The notes under the pieces are model-generated. The model was not told the DNA's origin. It made no database searches and saw only the letters and a program-made list of their open reading frames with translations. Below are positions 44,583-55,108 of a DNA stretch of 64,000 nucleotides, piece after piece. Source of the DNA: Candidatus Nomurabacteria bacterium (GTDB taxonomy: Bacteria; Patescibacteriota; Minisyncoccia; Phycocordibacterales; UBA918); contig JACKGJ010000002.1 in NCBI GenBank assembly GCA_020631995.1, positions 26,773 to 90,772 of the forward strand, read 5' to 3'. How positions within the stretch are numbered: the stretch's first letter is position 1; each line of letters begins with the position of its first letter. Made by a program: the position numbers and the translations under genes.

Positions 44583-45509
44583 TTAATCGACTATTGGACT
44601 TATTTCCTGACCAAAGACTTCACTGATGTCCTTGCAGTAGTCTTCAATACTGTCTTTAAAGTATGAAGGGTGGGCGCGCTGTATCTGACCAACGAAGTGG
44701 TAGCAGGTAGCAAGAGCAGAAGCAAAACCACCGTTGGTCGCCAATGGTAATTCAATCTTCTTGTCTTCCTCTCCCCACCCTAACTGTTCCATACCCACAT
44801 AAACAAAGAGTTCACCCTCATCACGGACGATGGTCTTAGCGTGTTTTATTTCTTCTGGCACAAAAAAGCGAGGAGTGAGCTTGGTACCAAACAATTCGTC
44901 AAACTTAGTGCGAAGCATCGGCGCTACCAAAGCGACGTCTGGAGGCAGGATAAAGGTGAAGCCATTAAACTTTGCTAGGTCTACCCCTGTTTCACTATTA
45001 GACTCAATGTGTGAAAGTATGGCCCTTGGATCTTCTTTGGTCTTTGCCAATATCATTGATAGATAGGTCGAGGTGTTATAGGTGTATGGTTCACGGTTTT
45101 TGGGAAAGGTATAGATGTTTTTAGGCTCCATAAAACTGCCAGCTGGAGCGTCCGGATTGTTTGTATAAAGTACTGCTGGCATTTGAAGTTCCTCTAAACG
45201 CTCGGCAATATTGACCGAGTGTTTACTCCCTGAAGCAGATATCAAAACCGCTCCATCCATATCCCCTATTTTACTTATCACTTCTTCAAAGTTGCTCTCA
45301 TTGGCGAATACGGCGTCCACGTCATTAAAAATAATTCTTCCGGTGTATTCTGCATTTCCGCTCCCAATGACTAAGGGTCTTTTAAAAGGAGCGGAAACGT
45401 CTGGTAGTGAAGTGCTGGAAAGCATCATTAGAGCTCCTTCCACTACCACATCTAAGTCTGGAATGTTATTCAGACCAAATTCTTTTAGAGTTTCAAGCGA
45501 TGACATCAT
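44583..45509 (-). CDS. SIS-domain-like putative sugar-phosphate isomerase
   Basis: VIGSGNAEYTG...AVLISASGSKHSVN...EPYTYNTSTYLSMIL resembles SIS-fold text. It is tightly packed between the ROK kinase and LOG genes. The assignment is tentative. Confidence 0.4.
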   Translation of the reverse strand: MMSSLETLKEFGLNNIPDLDVVVEGALMMLSSTSLPDVSAPFKRPLVIGSGNAEYTGRIIFNDVDAVFANESNFEEVISKIGDMDGAVLISASGSKHSVNIAERLEELQMPAVLYTNNPDAPAGSFMEPKNIYTFPKNREPYTYNTSTYLSMILAKTKEDPRAILSHIESNSETGVDLAKFNGFTFILPPDVALVAPMLRTKFDELFGTKLTPRFFVPEEIKHAKTIVRDEGELFVYVGMEQLGWGEEDKKIELPLATNGGFASALATCYHFVGQIQRAHPSYFKDSIEDYCKDISEVFGQEISPIVD

Positions 45510-46310
45510 TCAGGTGCTTATATTTTTAGTCTTCGGGGTGGATTTCTTCAGACGTTTTTTATTGGGACGTAAGTTACACGTTTTAGATAACTTTTCAATA
45601 ATATACGCCTCAGCCTCATCTACTGAATCTACAACATGGAATATATCTAAATCAACAGCGTCAACTGTTTCATATTTATTCACTAGTTCTTTCTCTATCC
45701 AAGATATGAGTGGCTTCCAAAACGCTTTGCCATATAAGATGACAGGCACAGCGGTAATCTTCTTGGTTTGAATGAGTGTGGCTATCTCAAATAGTTCATC
45801 GAGAGTGCCTAGCCCTCCGGGGAAATATACATAAACCTCAGAGGCATAAGCCAACATCACTTTACGGGAGAAGAAATGATCAAAAGTTAAAGAATCTGTG
45901 GTATATGGGTTTAGACGTTGTTCCATCGGTAGGCGGATATTGAGACCAACTGAGGTCCCGCCAGCCTTGAAGGCTCCTACATTCCCTGCTTCCATAATCC
46001 CTCCTCCACCACCGGTCACGATGGTGAGACCAAGTTCAGACAAACGTGCGGCAAATTCCTCAGCTTCATTGTAGTACTTATCACCTGGATGGGTACGGGC
46101 ACTGCCCCAGAAGGTGGCAGAGGGACCGAGTTTTCTGAGTAAGTTAAAGCCACCGACAAACTCCGACATTATGCTAAATAGACGCCAACTCTGATCGGTT
46201 GGTCGAAGTAGTTCGCTAGTTAAGCGACAAGTGAGAGGTTCTTCGGTTATCTTAGATTTTTTCTTCCCGTTTCCGTTACCAGACAAATTTAAAATCAAAT
46301 CACTGAACAT
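45510..46310 (-). CDS. LOG family (TIGR00730-type) nucleotide phosphoribohydrolase
   Basis: TGGGGGIMEAGNVGA and PGGLGTLDELFE. TATACT (complement of 46318-46323) lies 7 nt before the ATG. Confidence 0.85.
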   Translation of the reverse strand: MFSDLILNLSGNGNGKKKSKITEEPLTCRLTSELLRPTDQSWRLFSIMSEFVGGFNLLRKLGPSATFWGSARTHPGDKYYNEAEEFAARLSELGLTIVTGGGGGIMEAGNVGAFKAGGTSVGLNIRLPMEQRLNPYTTDSLTFDHFFSRKVMLAYASEVYVYFPGGLGTLDELFEIATLIQTKKITAVPVILYGKAFWKPLISWIEKELVNKYETVDAVDLDIFHVVDSVDEAEAYIIEKLSKTCNLRPNKKRLKKSTPKTKNIST

Positions 46311-46363
46311 TAGTATCAGTATAAGGTGTTAGAGGATACTTGTCAGTCGGTAGTTGTTAGTAG

Positions 46364-46963
46364 TTAGCTGGTCTGCCAAGGAATATCAAATTGTTCAAAC
46401 TCAGGAAGAAGTTTTTTATCATAAAGAAGCCTAGAGGTAACTTCAGCGTGGGACATTGCACCAGTTAAGGCATTGTGTGGCATTGGCTCGTTTGGTATGC
46501 CACAGTAGTTTAAGATAGCGTCTAAATCTAGGTTGCTACGCCGGTGTTGATGGTCTACGGGTGCTTCCTCTCCCCTCTTAAGTATGTGCATATAAGCTAG
46601 AGTATGAGTATCGATAGTTCGGTGAGCTAAGTCCCAGGAAAGTTTGGCCCGTCCTGCTGCACTCTGAAGAAAGTCTCGGTCAAATGAAGGATTCTGACCA
46701 GTAATGGTGCGGTTGTTGAGATGCTGACTCCATTCAAGAAATTCGGTCACGAGCTCAGCTTCACTTTTTTTGCTAGTGTCTTTTGCTTGTTCTGCAGTAA
46801 AGCCATTGATCTCTAAGGCTTCATCACTGATGTGTGCCCCATCCCAGACTCTACACTCACCATAAAAACGTCTAGTTGGATTTTCTAAGTCTAAAGCGCC
46901 AATCGAGAGGATTGAACATTTTTCAGGAGAAAGTCCACTAGTTTCAACATCAACAATTAACAT
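46364..46963 (-). CDS. DnaQ-like 3'-5' exonuclease domain protein
   Basis: MLIVDVETSGL (Exo I) and GQNPSFDRDFL (Exo II). The Exo III region reads HNALTGAMSHAE, so the usual H-x4-D Asp is not obvious. Confidence 0.7.
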   Translation of the reverse strand: MLIVDVETSGLSPEKCSILSIGALDLENPTRRFYGECRVWDGAHISDEALEINGFTAEQAKDTSKKSEAELVTEFLEWSQHLNNRTITGQNPSFDRDFLQSAAGRAKLSWDLAHRTIDTHTLAYMHILKRGEEAPVDHQHRRSNLDLDAILNYCGIPNEPMPHNALTGAMSHAEVTSRLLYDKKLLPEFEQFDIPWQTS

Positions 46964-46965
46964 AT

Positions 46966-47733
46966 TTACTCAGCTTCAATTTCTACGTTAATCTCGGTAT
47001 CACTGTCCCCGTCTACACGAGTAAAGCGTAGAGCACCACCACGGTCCATATAGATTAGCTCTAACTCTTCAGATGTGACCTTGGTGAGTTTGTAATACAT
47101 AACTTCGGAGGCTCCGACGTCAGTAGTAATTTTTAAGTAAGCTGTATTCGTTTCAAGCGGAAATGGTGCAGCAACTTCAGAGTTTATTGTGAAAATAAGC
47201 CAAGTTCCCACAGTGTCGTCACTGCCCTCATAGGAATCAGTTACTGTGCCGTTTGCCATAAACTCGCGAGTGAACTTTTCGTCGTCCACACTTCTCCACT
47301 GACCTTTAATGTTTTTGGTCGCCTCAAGAATTAAATCTGTTTCTCTACCACCGCCTTCTCCCATATCACCAAAATTGTATGGTGCGGTATTAGCATCAAA
47401 TGGCTGATTACAACTGGTAGAGGTATCAGTACGGGAATTACTAACTGTTACTTCTTCACCAGCGAAGGTGTATGTGTAGTCTCCTATTTCATACATATAT
47501 AGGTCAGAGTTGGCTACACGCACAGCTGTGCGCACTATGACTCCATCTACCAGTATATCGACTTGTGAAAAATCAGGACTGAATTCAGCCACAAAATATG
47601 AGTCGTCTTTACACATAAAAGATATGCCGTTACTTTCCATTGGCACGTCATCATTCATTGTATTTGAATATACGACGTAACCAGCAATAGCCAGTACCGC
47701 CACCATTACACCAAGAAAAAGTTTTGTTGACAT
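46966..47733 (-). CDS. hypothetical membrane-anchored extracytoplasmic protein
   Basis: N-terminal TM LFLGVMVAVLAIAGYVVY. Two beta-rich halves and an acidic C-terminus. No family was recognised with confidence. Confidence 0.6.
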   Translation of the reverse strand: MSTKLFLGVMVAVLAIAGYVVYSNTMNDDVPMESNGISFMCKDDSYFVAEFSPDFSQVDILVDGVIVRTAVRVANSDLYMYEIGDYTYTFAGEEVTVSNSRTDTSTSCNQPFDANTAPYNFGDMGEGGGRETDLILEATKNIKGQWRSVDDEKFTREFMANGTVTDSYEGSDDTVGTWLIFTINSEVAAPFPLETNTAYLKITTDVGASEVMYYKLTKVTSEELELIYMDRGGALRFTRVDGDSDTEINVEIEAE

Positions 47734-47791
47734 AAATTAGATTGAGTTTTGTTAAATGTAAATCTATTGTACTCCCGTCGCCTTGAATGTA

Positions 47792-47826
47792 AAAGGTCCC
47801 AGCTTGTGACTGGGACCTTTCTTTTT
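47792..47826. terminator. bidirectional-looking intrinsic terminator
   Basis: AAAGGTCCCAG-cttgtga-CTGGGACCTTT followed by CTTTTT. Confidence 0.75.
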
Positions 47827-47834
47827 CCTGCGAC

Positions 47835-48017
47835 CTATGCAAAGTACATCAGTAGTATCCCGAATGCGATGATTGCGAGACCCCCTGTGCCGAGACCTAT
47901 GATTCCTCGGCCTTCGTTTGAAGTTGTTGAAGAATTTTCTTTGTCCATGCAGTAGTCGTTCTCAAACTCCTCCCGCGCCAGCTTTTCTACGTCGATATTC
48001 GGCATATTTGTCTTCAT
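47835..48017 (-). CDS. small (60 aa) C-terminally anchored membrane protein
   Basis: Acidic head followed by GIIGLGTGGLAIIAFGILLMYFA. Its own terminator lies directly downstream. Confidence 0.45.
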   Translation of the reverse strand: MKTNMPNIDVEKLAREEFENDYCMDKENSSTTSNEGRGIIGLGTGGLAIIAFGILLMYFA

Positions 48018-48055
48018 CTCGGCCTCCTCCTATTCAAACCTTATTCTGTCACCAA

Positions 48056-48454
48056 TTAGATTCCTTTGCAATTGGCGGCGGGGCGAAGCCCCGCCGCCTC
48101 AGCTTCCTCTTTGGTTTTAAAGGTAATCTTATTAACTTCAGATATACGCTTCGCTCCTGAACAGTGTGGTAAATGATAGACTTCTCCATTTCGAGAAGCC
48201 ACGTAGAATGTGGACGACTCCCCTGTTCCAGTAGCAGATATAGTCTCTTTAGGGTCTGAAACGCCTTTCTCTGACCCGCTCTCAGCTTCTAGGTTAGCTC
48301 CAGCAGTCGCTTCCAGCACCACCTGCCCTACAGACTGTCTACCAAGCCCAAAGGCAGTTAAAGCCACTAGTACCAATAGGATTGATGAAAAGACCTGGGG
48401 CTCGGCAAGGTAAGCCTTGATTTTTTCTCTTATTTCTTGTAGGATAGCGGTCAT
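48056..48454 (-). CDS. membrane-anchored protein with a C-terminal Cys-containing Ada-like metal-binding-type motif
   Basis: TM VFSSILLVLVALTAFGL. The C-terminus FYVASRNGEVYHLPHCSGAKRISEVNKITFKTKEEAEAAGLRPAANCKG shows the pattern YH..C....I...N...F...eeA...G.RP...C. Confidence 0.55.
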   Translation of the reverse strand: MTAILQEIREKIKAYLAEPQVFSSILLVLVALTAFGLGRQSVGQVVLEATAGANLEAESGSEKGVSDPKETISATGTGESSTFYVASRNGEVYHLPHCSGAKRISEVNKITFKTKEEAEAAGLRPAANCKGI

Positions 48455-48497
48455 TGTATTGGGTTTAATCCCCCACCAATTATATCAATAAGACAGT

Positions 48498-48773
48498 ATG
48501 GCAACTAAAAAATCAGCGGGTACTTCCAAAAACCTACGCGACTCCCAACCAAAATATTTGGGAGTCAAGCGTGGGGACGGCCAAGCCGTAAGTACAGGAC
48601 AGGTAATCGTGCGTCAGCGCGGTACTAAAATTGAACCTGGAAAGAATGTTAAGGCTGGTCGTGACCACACTATTTTTGCTATGCAAGATGGAAAGGTCTC
48701 TTTCCGTCAGTCACGAAAAGTTCGTTTTGATGGACAGGTAGTTACCAAGAAGACTGTGGATGTGGTAGCTTAA
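48498..48773 (+). CDS. rpmA: 50S ribosomal protein L27
   Basis: [58 protein letters not shown]. Confidence 0.95.
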   Translation: MATKKSAGTSKNLRDSQPKYLGVKRGDGQAVSTGQVIVRQRGTKIEPGKNVKAGRDHTIFAMQDGKVSFRQSRKVRFDGQVVTKKTVDVVA

Positions 48774-48795
48774 CTTTTTCTGAAGTTCGGACAAT

Positions 48796-48828
48796 AAGAA
48801 AGGGCGCGCCTATGGCGCGCCCTTTCTT
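48796..48828. terminator. bidirectional intrinsic terminator
   Basis: AAGAAAGGGCGCGCC-tat-GGCGCGCCCTTTCTT. Confidence 0.85.
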
Positions 48829-48868
48829 ATTATGTTCTGTCTAATTACCAAGAGCTAACTACCAAGCA

Positions 48869-49588
48869 CTACTTACTCACAATCTCAATTGATTCAATCA
48901 CGATAGGTTTCGCTGGTATATCTCTAGCCTTAGTTTCAACTTGTCCGATAGTGTCCACGATATCCATTCCTTTAGATACTCGGCCAAACACCGGATGCTT
49001 TGAAGATAGAGGAGGCTTGTTGAAGTCTAGGCCTGTGTTGTCCACTAGGTTAATGAACCACTGACTACCACCAGAATTTGGCTGACCAGTGTTGGCCATA
49101 GCAATGGTACCGCGGGTATTGGTAAGGAGTTCACCTTCGACGAACTCGTCAGCTACATTTTCTTCTGGTCCTCCGGTACCGTAGATTGATTCGTCACTCC
49201 CTTTAGAGTTAGGGTCTCCTCCTTGAATCATAAAGCCTTCAATGACACGGTGAAACTTGGTCTGGTCATAGAAGCCAGATTCAGCCAGCTTAATGAAGTT
49301 ACCAGTGGTGATTGGCATTTGGTCTTCAAAAAGTTCTAGTTCGATTACCCCCATATTGGTGGTGATGATTGCAGTTCTGTTCATATCATTTGTAGTTATT
49401 GGGTTTTTAACTTTTTGTTCCTCGGCGGTCAGTGGTCCTGTTACTTCCGCTTCACTTGAAAGATTAAGCTCCGCGTTATTCGTTCCTGTAGTAGACTGCC
49501 AGTAGATTAGCAGTGCCAAGATTAGGGCTGAGGCAACTACAGTGATAATTATCAAATTCAATCCTTTTAACTCTTTCAATACATTCAT
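48869..49588 (-). CDS. membrane-anchored cyclophilin-type peptidyl-prolyl isomerase
   Basis: FHRVIEGFMIQGGDP, GTIAMANTGQPNSGGSQWFI, and an N-terminal TM. TAAAAT (complement of 49596-49601) lies 7 nt before the ATG. Confidence 0.9.
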   Translation of the reverse strand: MNVLKELKGLNLIIITVVASALILALLIYWQSTTGTNNAELNLSSEAEVTGPLTAEEQKVKNPITTNDMNRTAIITTNMGVIELELFEDQMPITTGNFIKLAESGFYDQTKFHRVIEGFMIQGGDPNSKGSDESIYGTGGPEENVADEFVEGELLTNTRGTIAMANTGQPNSGGSQWFINLVDNTGLDFNKPPLSSKHPVFGRVSKGMDIVDTIGQVETKARDIPAKPIVIESIEIVSK

Positions 49589-49634
49589 AATTTTGATTTT
49601 AACTTACCATTAACTTCTTCAGAAGTCGTATTGG

Positions 49635-50069
49635 TTACTCAATATTAATCTTAAAGGTCGTATGATTCTCGCCTTGAACAAGTTCAACCTCATGCTCACC
49701 AGTAGTTTTGATAGGGGTGGCTATCTTTAGCATGTCTTTTTCTATCAATATTCCCTGCTCCTTGGCTGCGGCCACGATCTCTTCTGGTTTAACAGCAGCG
49801 AAGAGGTGACCCTTGTCGTTTTTTTGATTCTTTAACACTAACACTGATTCAGATAGAGCTTTTTTAGCAGTAAAAAATCTTTCGGTAGCGACATTTTGCT
49901 TCACGCCTTTCTCGGCTTGTATCTGTTCAATTTGCTTTAGGTTGTCCTTGGTTGCTGGTTTAGCCCAACCCTTTGGGATTAATTGATTCAGACCGTATCC
50001 ATCAGGTACATCAACTACCTCGTGCTTACGTCCAATTCTGGCCACGTCCTTTAAGAGAATGACTTTCAT
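49635..50069 (-). CDS. rplI: 50S ribosomal protein L9
   Basis: MKVILLKDVARIGRKHEVVDVPDGYGLNQLIPKGWAKPAT. SD AGGAG lies upstream. Confidence 0.9.
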   Translation of the reverse strand: MKVILLKDVARIGRKHEVVDVPDGYGLNQLIPKGWAKPATKDNLKQIEQIQAEKGVKQNVATERFFTAKKALSESVLVLKNQKNDKGHLFAAVKPEEIVAAAKEQGILIEKDMLKIATPIKTTGEHEVELVQGENHTTFKINIE

Positions 50070-50093
50070 AGGTCTCCTAATATACCTTAAAAC

Positions 50094-51389
50094 TTAAAAC
50101 TTAACACCCAACTTCTCTCCAATGGTCTTGTCTCCCTTGAGCCACTTGAGAGCAGCCTCCATTTGCTTATCTATACCCTCCATTACTTCTTGTGGGGTTC
50201 GAGGAATGTATACATTCGGTTCTAAACCTCCTTCTGAGAAGGATACTCCTTCTGGGGTAAGCCACCTAGCAATGGTAACTTTCAAAGCGCTCTTATCTGG
50301 TAGGTTGACTAATTCTTGCACAGAGCCTTTTCCGAAGGTGGTGTCACCGATGGTGGTGGCGATTTTATGCTCTGAGAGAGCTCCTGCCAAAATTTCTGAT
50401 GCCGAAGCTGAACCACCGTTAATCAGTACAACAAAGTTGTCTGGATTCAAATTAAATAATCTCTGCCCTTGAGTACGGTAGACATCTTCCTCTTTACCTT
50501 CACCAAAGTTTTCACGAACCACTACCTTGCCGGCTGGTAGGAAGTAACCAGCGATGGTGACAGCACTTTCAAGGAATCCGCCTGGATTACCACGTAGGTC
50601 AAGGATCAGATTATCCTTTCCGCTTTGTTCAAACTGGGTTATTGCTTCACGCATCTTTGACTCCGAGATACCGTTGAAACTGTACAGCTTTATCACAAAA
50701 GCGTTGTCCTTGGTCTCAGTATCAAGGGTTGGAATATTTATGACCTGACGAATGATTTTCTTCTCGAGCAGTTCGACTTCACCTTCACGATAAATCGTAA
50801 GTGTCACTTCAGTACCAGCTTCGCCACGGATGAGGCGTACCGCCTCATCGACATTCATACGATCAGTAGAGGTGTCATCAATCTTGGTAATGATGTCGCC
50901 GGTTTGGATACCTGCACCAAGAGCTGGAGAATCAGGTAATGGAGCAATGATGGTGATAAGGCCATCACGCAGTCCTACTTCCATTCCGACCCCACTAAAG
51001 TTTCCAGAGATGTCCTCAGCGAAATATGAGGCGTCTTCAGGTGGCATATAGACAGTGTATGGGTCACCATAACTGTCTACCATTCCAGCGATAGCTCCTC
51101 GCAACCTGTCGGTCTGGTTTGGAGTACTGGTTGGAGATGAAGTAACAAACTTCTCTTCCAAAAGATTCCAAACTCGCCAAAATTCACCGAGGTCTGCCTC
51201 GTCGTCTGGCTTCTCCTTAGAATATAGGAAACTGAATATACTAGCTTCTAGTGGTGACTCTCCTTTTATTCCTCCTTGTCCGAATTGGACTCCGGAGAAG
51301 AAGGCAGCTACTGCCAACATAGCGGCTAGCCCGATTCCGAGCAGTTTTCCGTTATTTTTAGTTTTCTTAGTTGTCTGTTCATTTTGCAT
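50094..51389 (-). CDS. S41 C-terminal processing peptidase with PDZ domain
   Basis: GVGMEVG, PDSPALGAGIQTGDIITKID (PDZ), LDLRGNPGGFL, NGGSASASEI, TFGKGSVQ. Extended -10 TGcGATAAT (complement of 51396-51404) lies 6 nt before the ATG. Confidence 0.9.
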   Translation of the reverse strand: MQNEQTTKKTKNNGKLLGIGLAAMLAVAAFFSGVQFGQGGIKGESPLEASIFSFLYSKEKPDDEADLGEFWRVWNLLEEKFVTSSPTSTPNQTDRLRGAIAGMVDSYGDPYTVYMPPEDASYFAEDISGNFSGVGMEVGLRDGLITIIAPLPDSPALGAGIQTGDIITKIDDTSTDRMNVDEAVRLIRGEAGTEVTLTIYREGEVELLEKKIIRQVINIPTLDTETKDNAFVIKLYSFNGISESKMREAITQFEQSGKDNLILDLRGNPGGFLESAVTIAGYFLPAGKVVVRENFGEGKEEDVYRTQGQRLFNLNPDNFVVLINGGSASASEILAGALSEHKIATTIGDTTFGKGSVQELVNLPDKSALKVTIARWLTPEGVSFSEGGLEPNVYIPRTPQEVMEGIDKQMEAALKWLKGDKTIGEKLGVKF

Positions 51390-51497
51390 TCGGCTATTAT
51401 CGCATAACGGCTTATATATCGGAAATGTGGAATACTGATGCTTTCAAGTATCATTTAACCTTTCTCTGCTTCGGCTAATTCTGTTAGAATGGTCCTA

Positions 51498-52946
51498 ATG
51501 TTACGTTTATTCAAACGCCCACCTATTCGCGAGCCGATTTTTCTCTATAACACTGCTTCGCGCACAAAAGAAGAGTTCGCTCCGCTTAAAAAAGGGAAAG
51601 TCACCATGTATAGCTGTGGTCCGACTGTCTATGATCATATACACATTGGTAATTTGCGTGCCTATCTCTTGCCAGACCTTTTGACTAGACTCTTTCTCTA
51701 TAACGGCTACCGTGTTAACTCCACTATCAACTTCACTGACTTTGGTCACTTAACCGACGACGCTGATGCGGGTGAAGACAAGATGGTGAAGGGTATGAAA
51801 CGAGAGGGTTATGACATCACACTCGACAATATGCGTGTGTTTGCAGAACCGTATATAGAATCATTTAAAGAAGACAATCTGGCTTTCGGAAACCGCCCCC
51901 CTACCCAATTCTCTCGGGCTAGTGACTACATCAAAGAACAAATAGCCTTAATTCGGACCCTTGAAGAAAAAGGCTACGCTTACCGAACTTCTGACGGTCT
52001 CTATTTTGATATCTCTAAGTTTCCATCGTATGGAAAGCTAGGTAATGTCGATATTGAAAAAATGAAGGCAGGGGCCAGAGTCGAGGTTAATGAAGAAAAG
52101 CACCACCCAGCTGATTTCTCGCTTTGGAAGCTGTCTGACCTTGGTTGGGAGAGTCGATGGGGTAAGGGTTTCCCTGGTTGGCACATAGAATGTACCGCTA
52201 TGGCTTTCGCTACCCTTGGTAAGCAGATTGATGTTCACACCGGTGGTGAAGACCTTCAATATACTCACCACAATGGTGAAGTAGCTCAAGCTGAGGCTGT
52301 GACCGGAAAGCATTATGTGAACTATTGGCTTCATAATGCTCATATCACGATAGATAGTATGAAGATTGCTAAGTCTCTTGGTAACGGTCTCCGCCTCAAG
52401 CATTTAGCAGATAGAGGGTTCTCCCCCACTGTCTATCGTTACTGGCTACTCCAGAGTCATTACCGTTCAGGCGCCAACTTTACCTGGGAGGCTATGACTG
52501 CTTCTAAGAATGCTTTGACTCGCTTATACCGTCTAGTCTATGAAGAGTTGGTGGGACTTCGTCCTGGAATGGTTAATGAAGATTATGAAAGACGCTTCTT
52601 GCAAGCTTTGTCTGATGACCTCGATACTCCACGGGCGCTATCGATACTTTGGGAGTTAGCGAAAGACACTAGCGTGGAGTCAAAGGAAAAGCTTGCCACT
52701 ATTCATGCTTTTGATTCACTGCTGGCAATTGGTTTGTCTAAAACACCTGACGAAGGTCGTCATATTTTAGGAGTTGTAGAAGAAGAGGATGTACCAGAGG
52801 TGGTACGTGAATTGAGTGTGCGTCGCGAAGCGGCGCGCGCTGCCAAAGACTTCGCTCTATCTGACCAGCTCCGAGAAGAAATTAAAGCTAATGGTTATGA
52901 AACGAAAGACACTCCTGAGGGGTCACAGCTAAGCCGGGTGGATTAA
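51498..52946 (+). CDS. cysS: cysteinyl-tRNA synthetase
   Basis: HIHIGNLRAYL (HIGH) and KIAKSLGN (KMSKS). Track ORF starts at ATG 51489, but that codon overlaps the extended -10 TGtTAGAAT (51482-51490). ATG 51498, 7 nt downstream, is preferred. Confidence 0.9.
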   Translation: MLRLFKRPPIREPIFLYNTASRTKEEFAPLKKGKVTMYSCGPTVYDHIHIGNLRAYLLPDLLTRLFLYNGYRVNSTINFTDFGHLTDDADAGEDKMVKGMKREGYDITLDNMRVFAEPYIESFKEDNLAFGNRPPTQFSRASDYIKEQIALIRTLEEKGYAYRTSDGLYFDISKFPSYGKLGNVDIEKMKAGARVEVNEEKHHPADFSLWKLSDLGWESRWGKGFPGWHIECTAMAFATLGKQIDVHTGGEDLQYTHHNGEVAQAEAVTGKHYVNYWLHNAHITIDSMKIAKSLGNGLRLKHLADRGFSPTVYRYWLLQSHYRSGANFTWEAMTASKNALTRLYRLVYEELVGLRPGMVNEDYERRFLQALSDDLDTPRALSILWELAKDTSVESKEKLATIHAFDSLLAIGLSKTPDEGRHILGVVEEEDVPEVVRELSVRREAARAAKDFALSDQLREEIKANGYETKDTPEGSQLSRVD

Positions 52947-53048
52947 GTCCTTATCAGTGCAGGTTATTTTGTACTTTTCCCCACTGTCCACTTAGTCCAC
53001 AATTGTCATACCCAAACGTCAATCGGCTGTCGGTGCTAAAATAGACAA

Positions 53049-54425
53049 ATGGTAGATTTAAATAAAAGTTTGCGTGTCCCTCCACATAACATCGAAGCTG
53101 AGCGAGCACTGCTCGGAGCAATCATCCTAAAGCCGGAAACTATCCACGATGTATCCGCCATTGTTTATCCAGAAAGTTTTTATGCAGACAAGCATCGCGA
53201 AATCTTTCGTGCTATTTTTGAAATCTTTGCAAAGGGTGACCCTATTGATCTGCTTTCAGTATCAACTCGCCTTAAACACAATGGTCAGATAGAGAGAGTC
53301 GGAGGTGCAGCTTATTTAACTGAACTTATCGAAACAGTACCAGCGGCCGGTAACGCCATCTATTACGCTACTGAGGTTCAAAACAAATCGAGCTTGCGTG
53401 GCCTCATTCATGCTGGGGATGATATCGCTGAGCTCGGTTACTCTAACCCAGACAATATTGACTCCACTTTGGACCAAGCAGAAAAGAAAGTGTACGAAGT
53501 TACCAACCAAACCACACTGCAAAAATTTGTCACTATTGGTTCAGCCTTAACCGAAGCGTGGGAGCGGTTTGAGCACTTAAGTGAGAATCATGATGATATT
53601 CGTGGTGTACCGACTGGTTTTGCTGGAATTGATAACCTGCTTGCTGGTCTCCAAAAGTCTGACCTCATCATCTTAGCTGCCCGTCCATCTATGGGTAAGA
53701 CTACCTTTGCTATGGACTTAGCTCGTAATGCTGCGGTTAAGTATAAAAAGTCAGTGGGTATATTCTCACTCGAAATGAGTTCGCAACAGCTAGTGGACCG
53801 TATGCTTGCGTCAGAGGCGGGAGTAGACTCTTGGAAGCTTCGTACTGGTAAGCTGAAGAGCGACCAAGAATTCGAAGCGGTGCAGGCTGCGATGGCACGA
53901 CTCTCTGAAGCGTCTATTCATATTGATGACCAACCAGGCACTAATATTTTGAAAATGCGTTCTTCTGCTAGACGACTCCATCATGAACACGGTCTAGACC
54001 TGCTTATTGTGGACTACCTTCAGCTGATGTCCCCTACCGCCACTAAATCATCTGACTCGATGACGCAACAAGTGACTGAGATATCGCGTTCCTTGAAGAT
54101 TCTCGCTCGTGAGCTCGATGTACCAGTCCTTGCTCTCTCTCAGCTTTCTCGGGCGGTGGAACAGCGCGGTGGACGACCGCGACTGTCTGACCTTCGTGAC
54201 TCAGGTTCTATTGAGCAGGACGCGGACGTCGTGATGTTCATTCACCGTGAAGATAAACTTAATAAAGAATCAGAGCGACCAAACATTGCAGAAATTCTCG
54301 TGGAGAAGCACCGTAACGGTCCGGTCGGAATGGCAGAACTCTACTTTGATGAGAAGCATGTACGTTTCTTGGATATTGATAAGCAACACTCTAATGCTGC
54401 TATGGCTGCAACCGAAGACTTTTAA
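53049..54425 (+). CDS. dnaB: replicative DNA helicase
   Basis: PPHNIEAERALLGAIIL and Walker A ARPSMGKTTFAM. Extended -10 TGcTAAAAT (53034-53042) lies 6 nt before the ATG. Confidence 0.95.
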   Translation: MVDLNKSLRVPPHNIEAERALLGAIILKPETIHDVSAIVYPESFYADKHREIFRAIFEIFAKGDPIDLLSVSTRLKHNGQIERVGGAAYLTELIETVPAAGNAIYYATEVQNKSSLRGLIHAGDDIAELGYSNPDNIDSTLDQAEKKVYEVTNQTTLQKFVTIGSALTEAWERFEHLSENHDDIRGVPTGFAGIDNLLAGLQKSDLIILAARPSMGKTTFAMDLARNAAVKYKKSVGIFSLEMSSQQLVDRMLASEAGVDSWKLRTGKLKSDQEFEAVQAAMARLSEASIHIDDQPGTNILKMRSSARRLHHEHGLDLLIVDYLQLMSPTATKSSDSMTQQVTEISRSLKILARELDVPVLALSQLSRAVEQRGGRPRLSDLRDSGSIEQDADVVMFIHREDKLNKESERPNIAEILVEKHRNGPVGMAELYFDEKHVRFLDIDKQHSNAAMAATEDF

Positions 54426-54433
54426 ACTTAAAT

Positions 54434-55051
54434 ATGAATCCGCTCGATAAACTAGTCACATACTTTGAGAACTTTCCCGGTATCGGCGCTCGTCAAGCGC
54501 GGCGTTTTGCTTTTCATATTCTCACTATGACACCAGAAGAGACTAAAGAGTTTTCTGCACTTGTTAGTGGTCTTCAGGACAGTGTGGCTGAATGTGCATC
54601 TTGTCGTAGGTTCTTCGCACAGAATGATGGAAGGAGTGATATTTGTGAGCTTTGTGCTAGTCCTGCTCGTGACCACGGGAAGCTGCTAGTAGTTGAGCGT
54701 GACACTGATATTCGTTCGATTGAACGCTCTGGAGTGTATGACGGTCTCTACTTCGTACTCGGAGGCACTGTGCCACTACTCGACTCACGAGAGAATAAAA
54801 AACTTCGTGGCGGTGGACTGAAGCGCATCATTGAAGCGAGACTTGGGAGCGGTTTGAATGAAGTCATTCTCGGTTTTTCAGTTAACCCTGATGGTGAAAA
54901 CACTGGTCGCTTTATTGAGTCAATTATTCGTGAAATTGATGGTGCTGATAAGCTTAAAGTTTCACACCTCGGGCGCGGTCTTTCTACTGGTAGCGAGCTT
55001 GAATATGCTGACCCAGAGACTCTAAAGAATGCCTTGCAAAACCGGTATTGA
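54434..55051 (+). CDS. recR: recombination protein RecR
   Basis: FPGIGARQARRFAFHIL (HhH), a Cys4 zinc finger (CASCRRF...CELC), and a Toprim region. Confidence 0.9.
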   Translation: MNPLDKLVTYFENFPGIGARQARRFAFHILTMTPEETKEFSALVSGLQDSVAECASCRRFFAQNDGRSDICELCASPARDHGKLLVVERDTDIRSIERSGVYDGLYFVLGGTVPLLDSRENKKLRGGGLKRIIEARLGSGLNEVILGFSVNPDGENTGRFIESIIREIDGADKLKVSHLGRGLSTGSELEYADPETLKNALQNRY

Positions 55052-55108
55052 TGTGCTATAGTTTTACGTAGCAGGGAAGCTGTCTCAACATATTGAAAAG
55101 GAGATGGC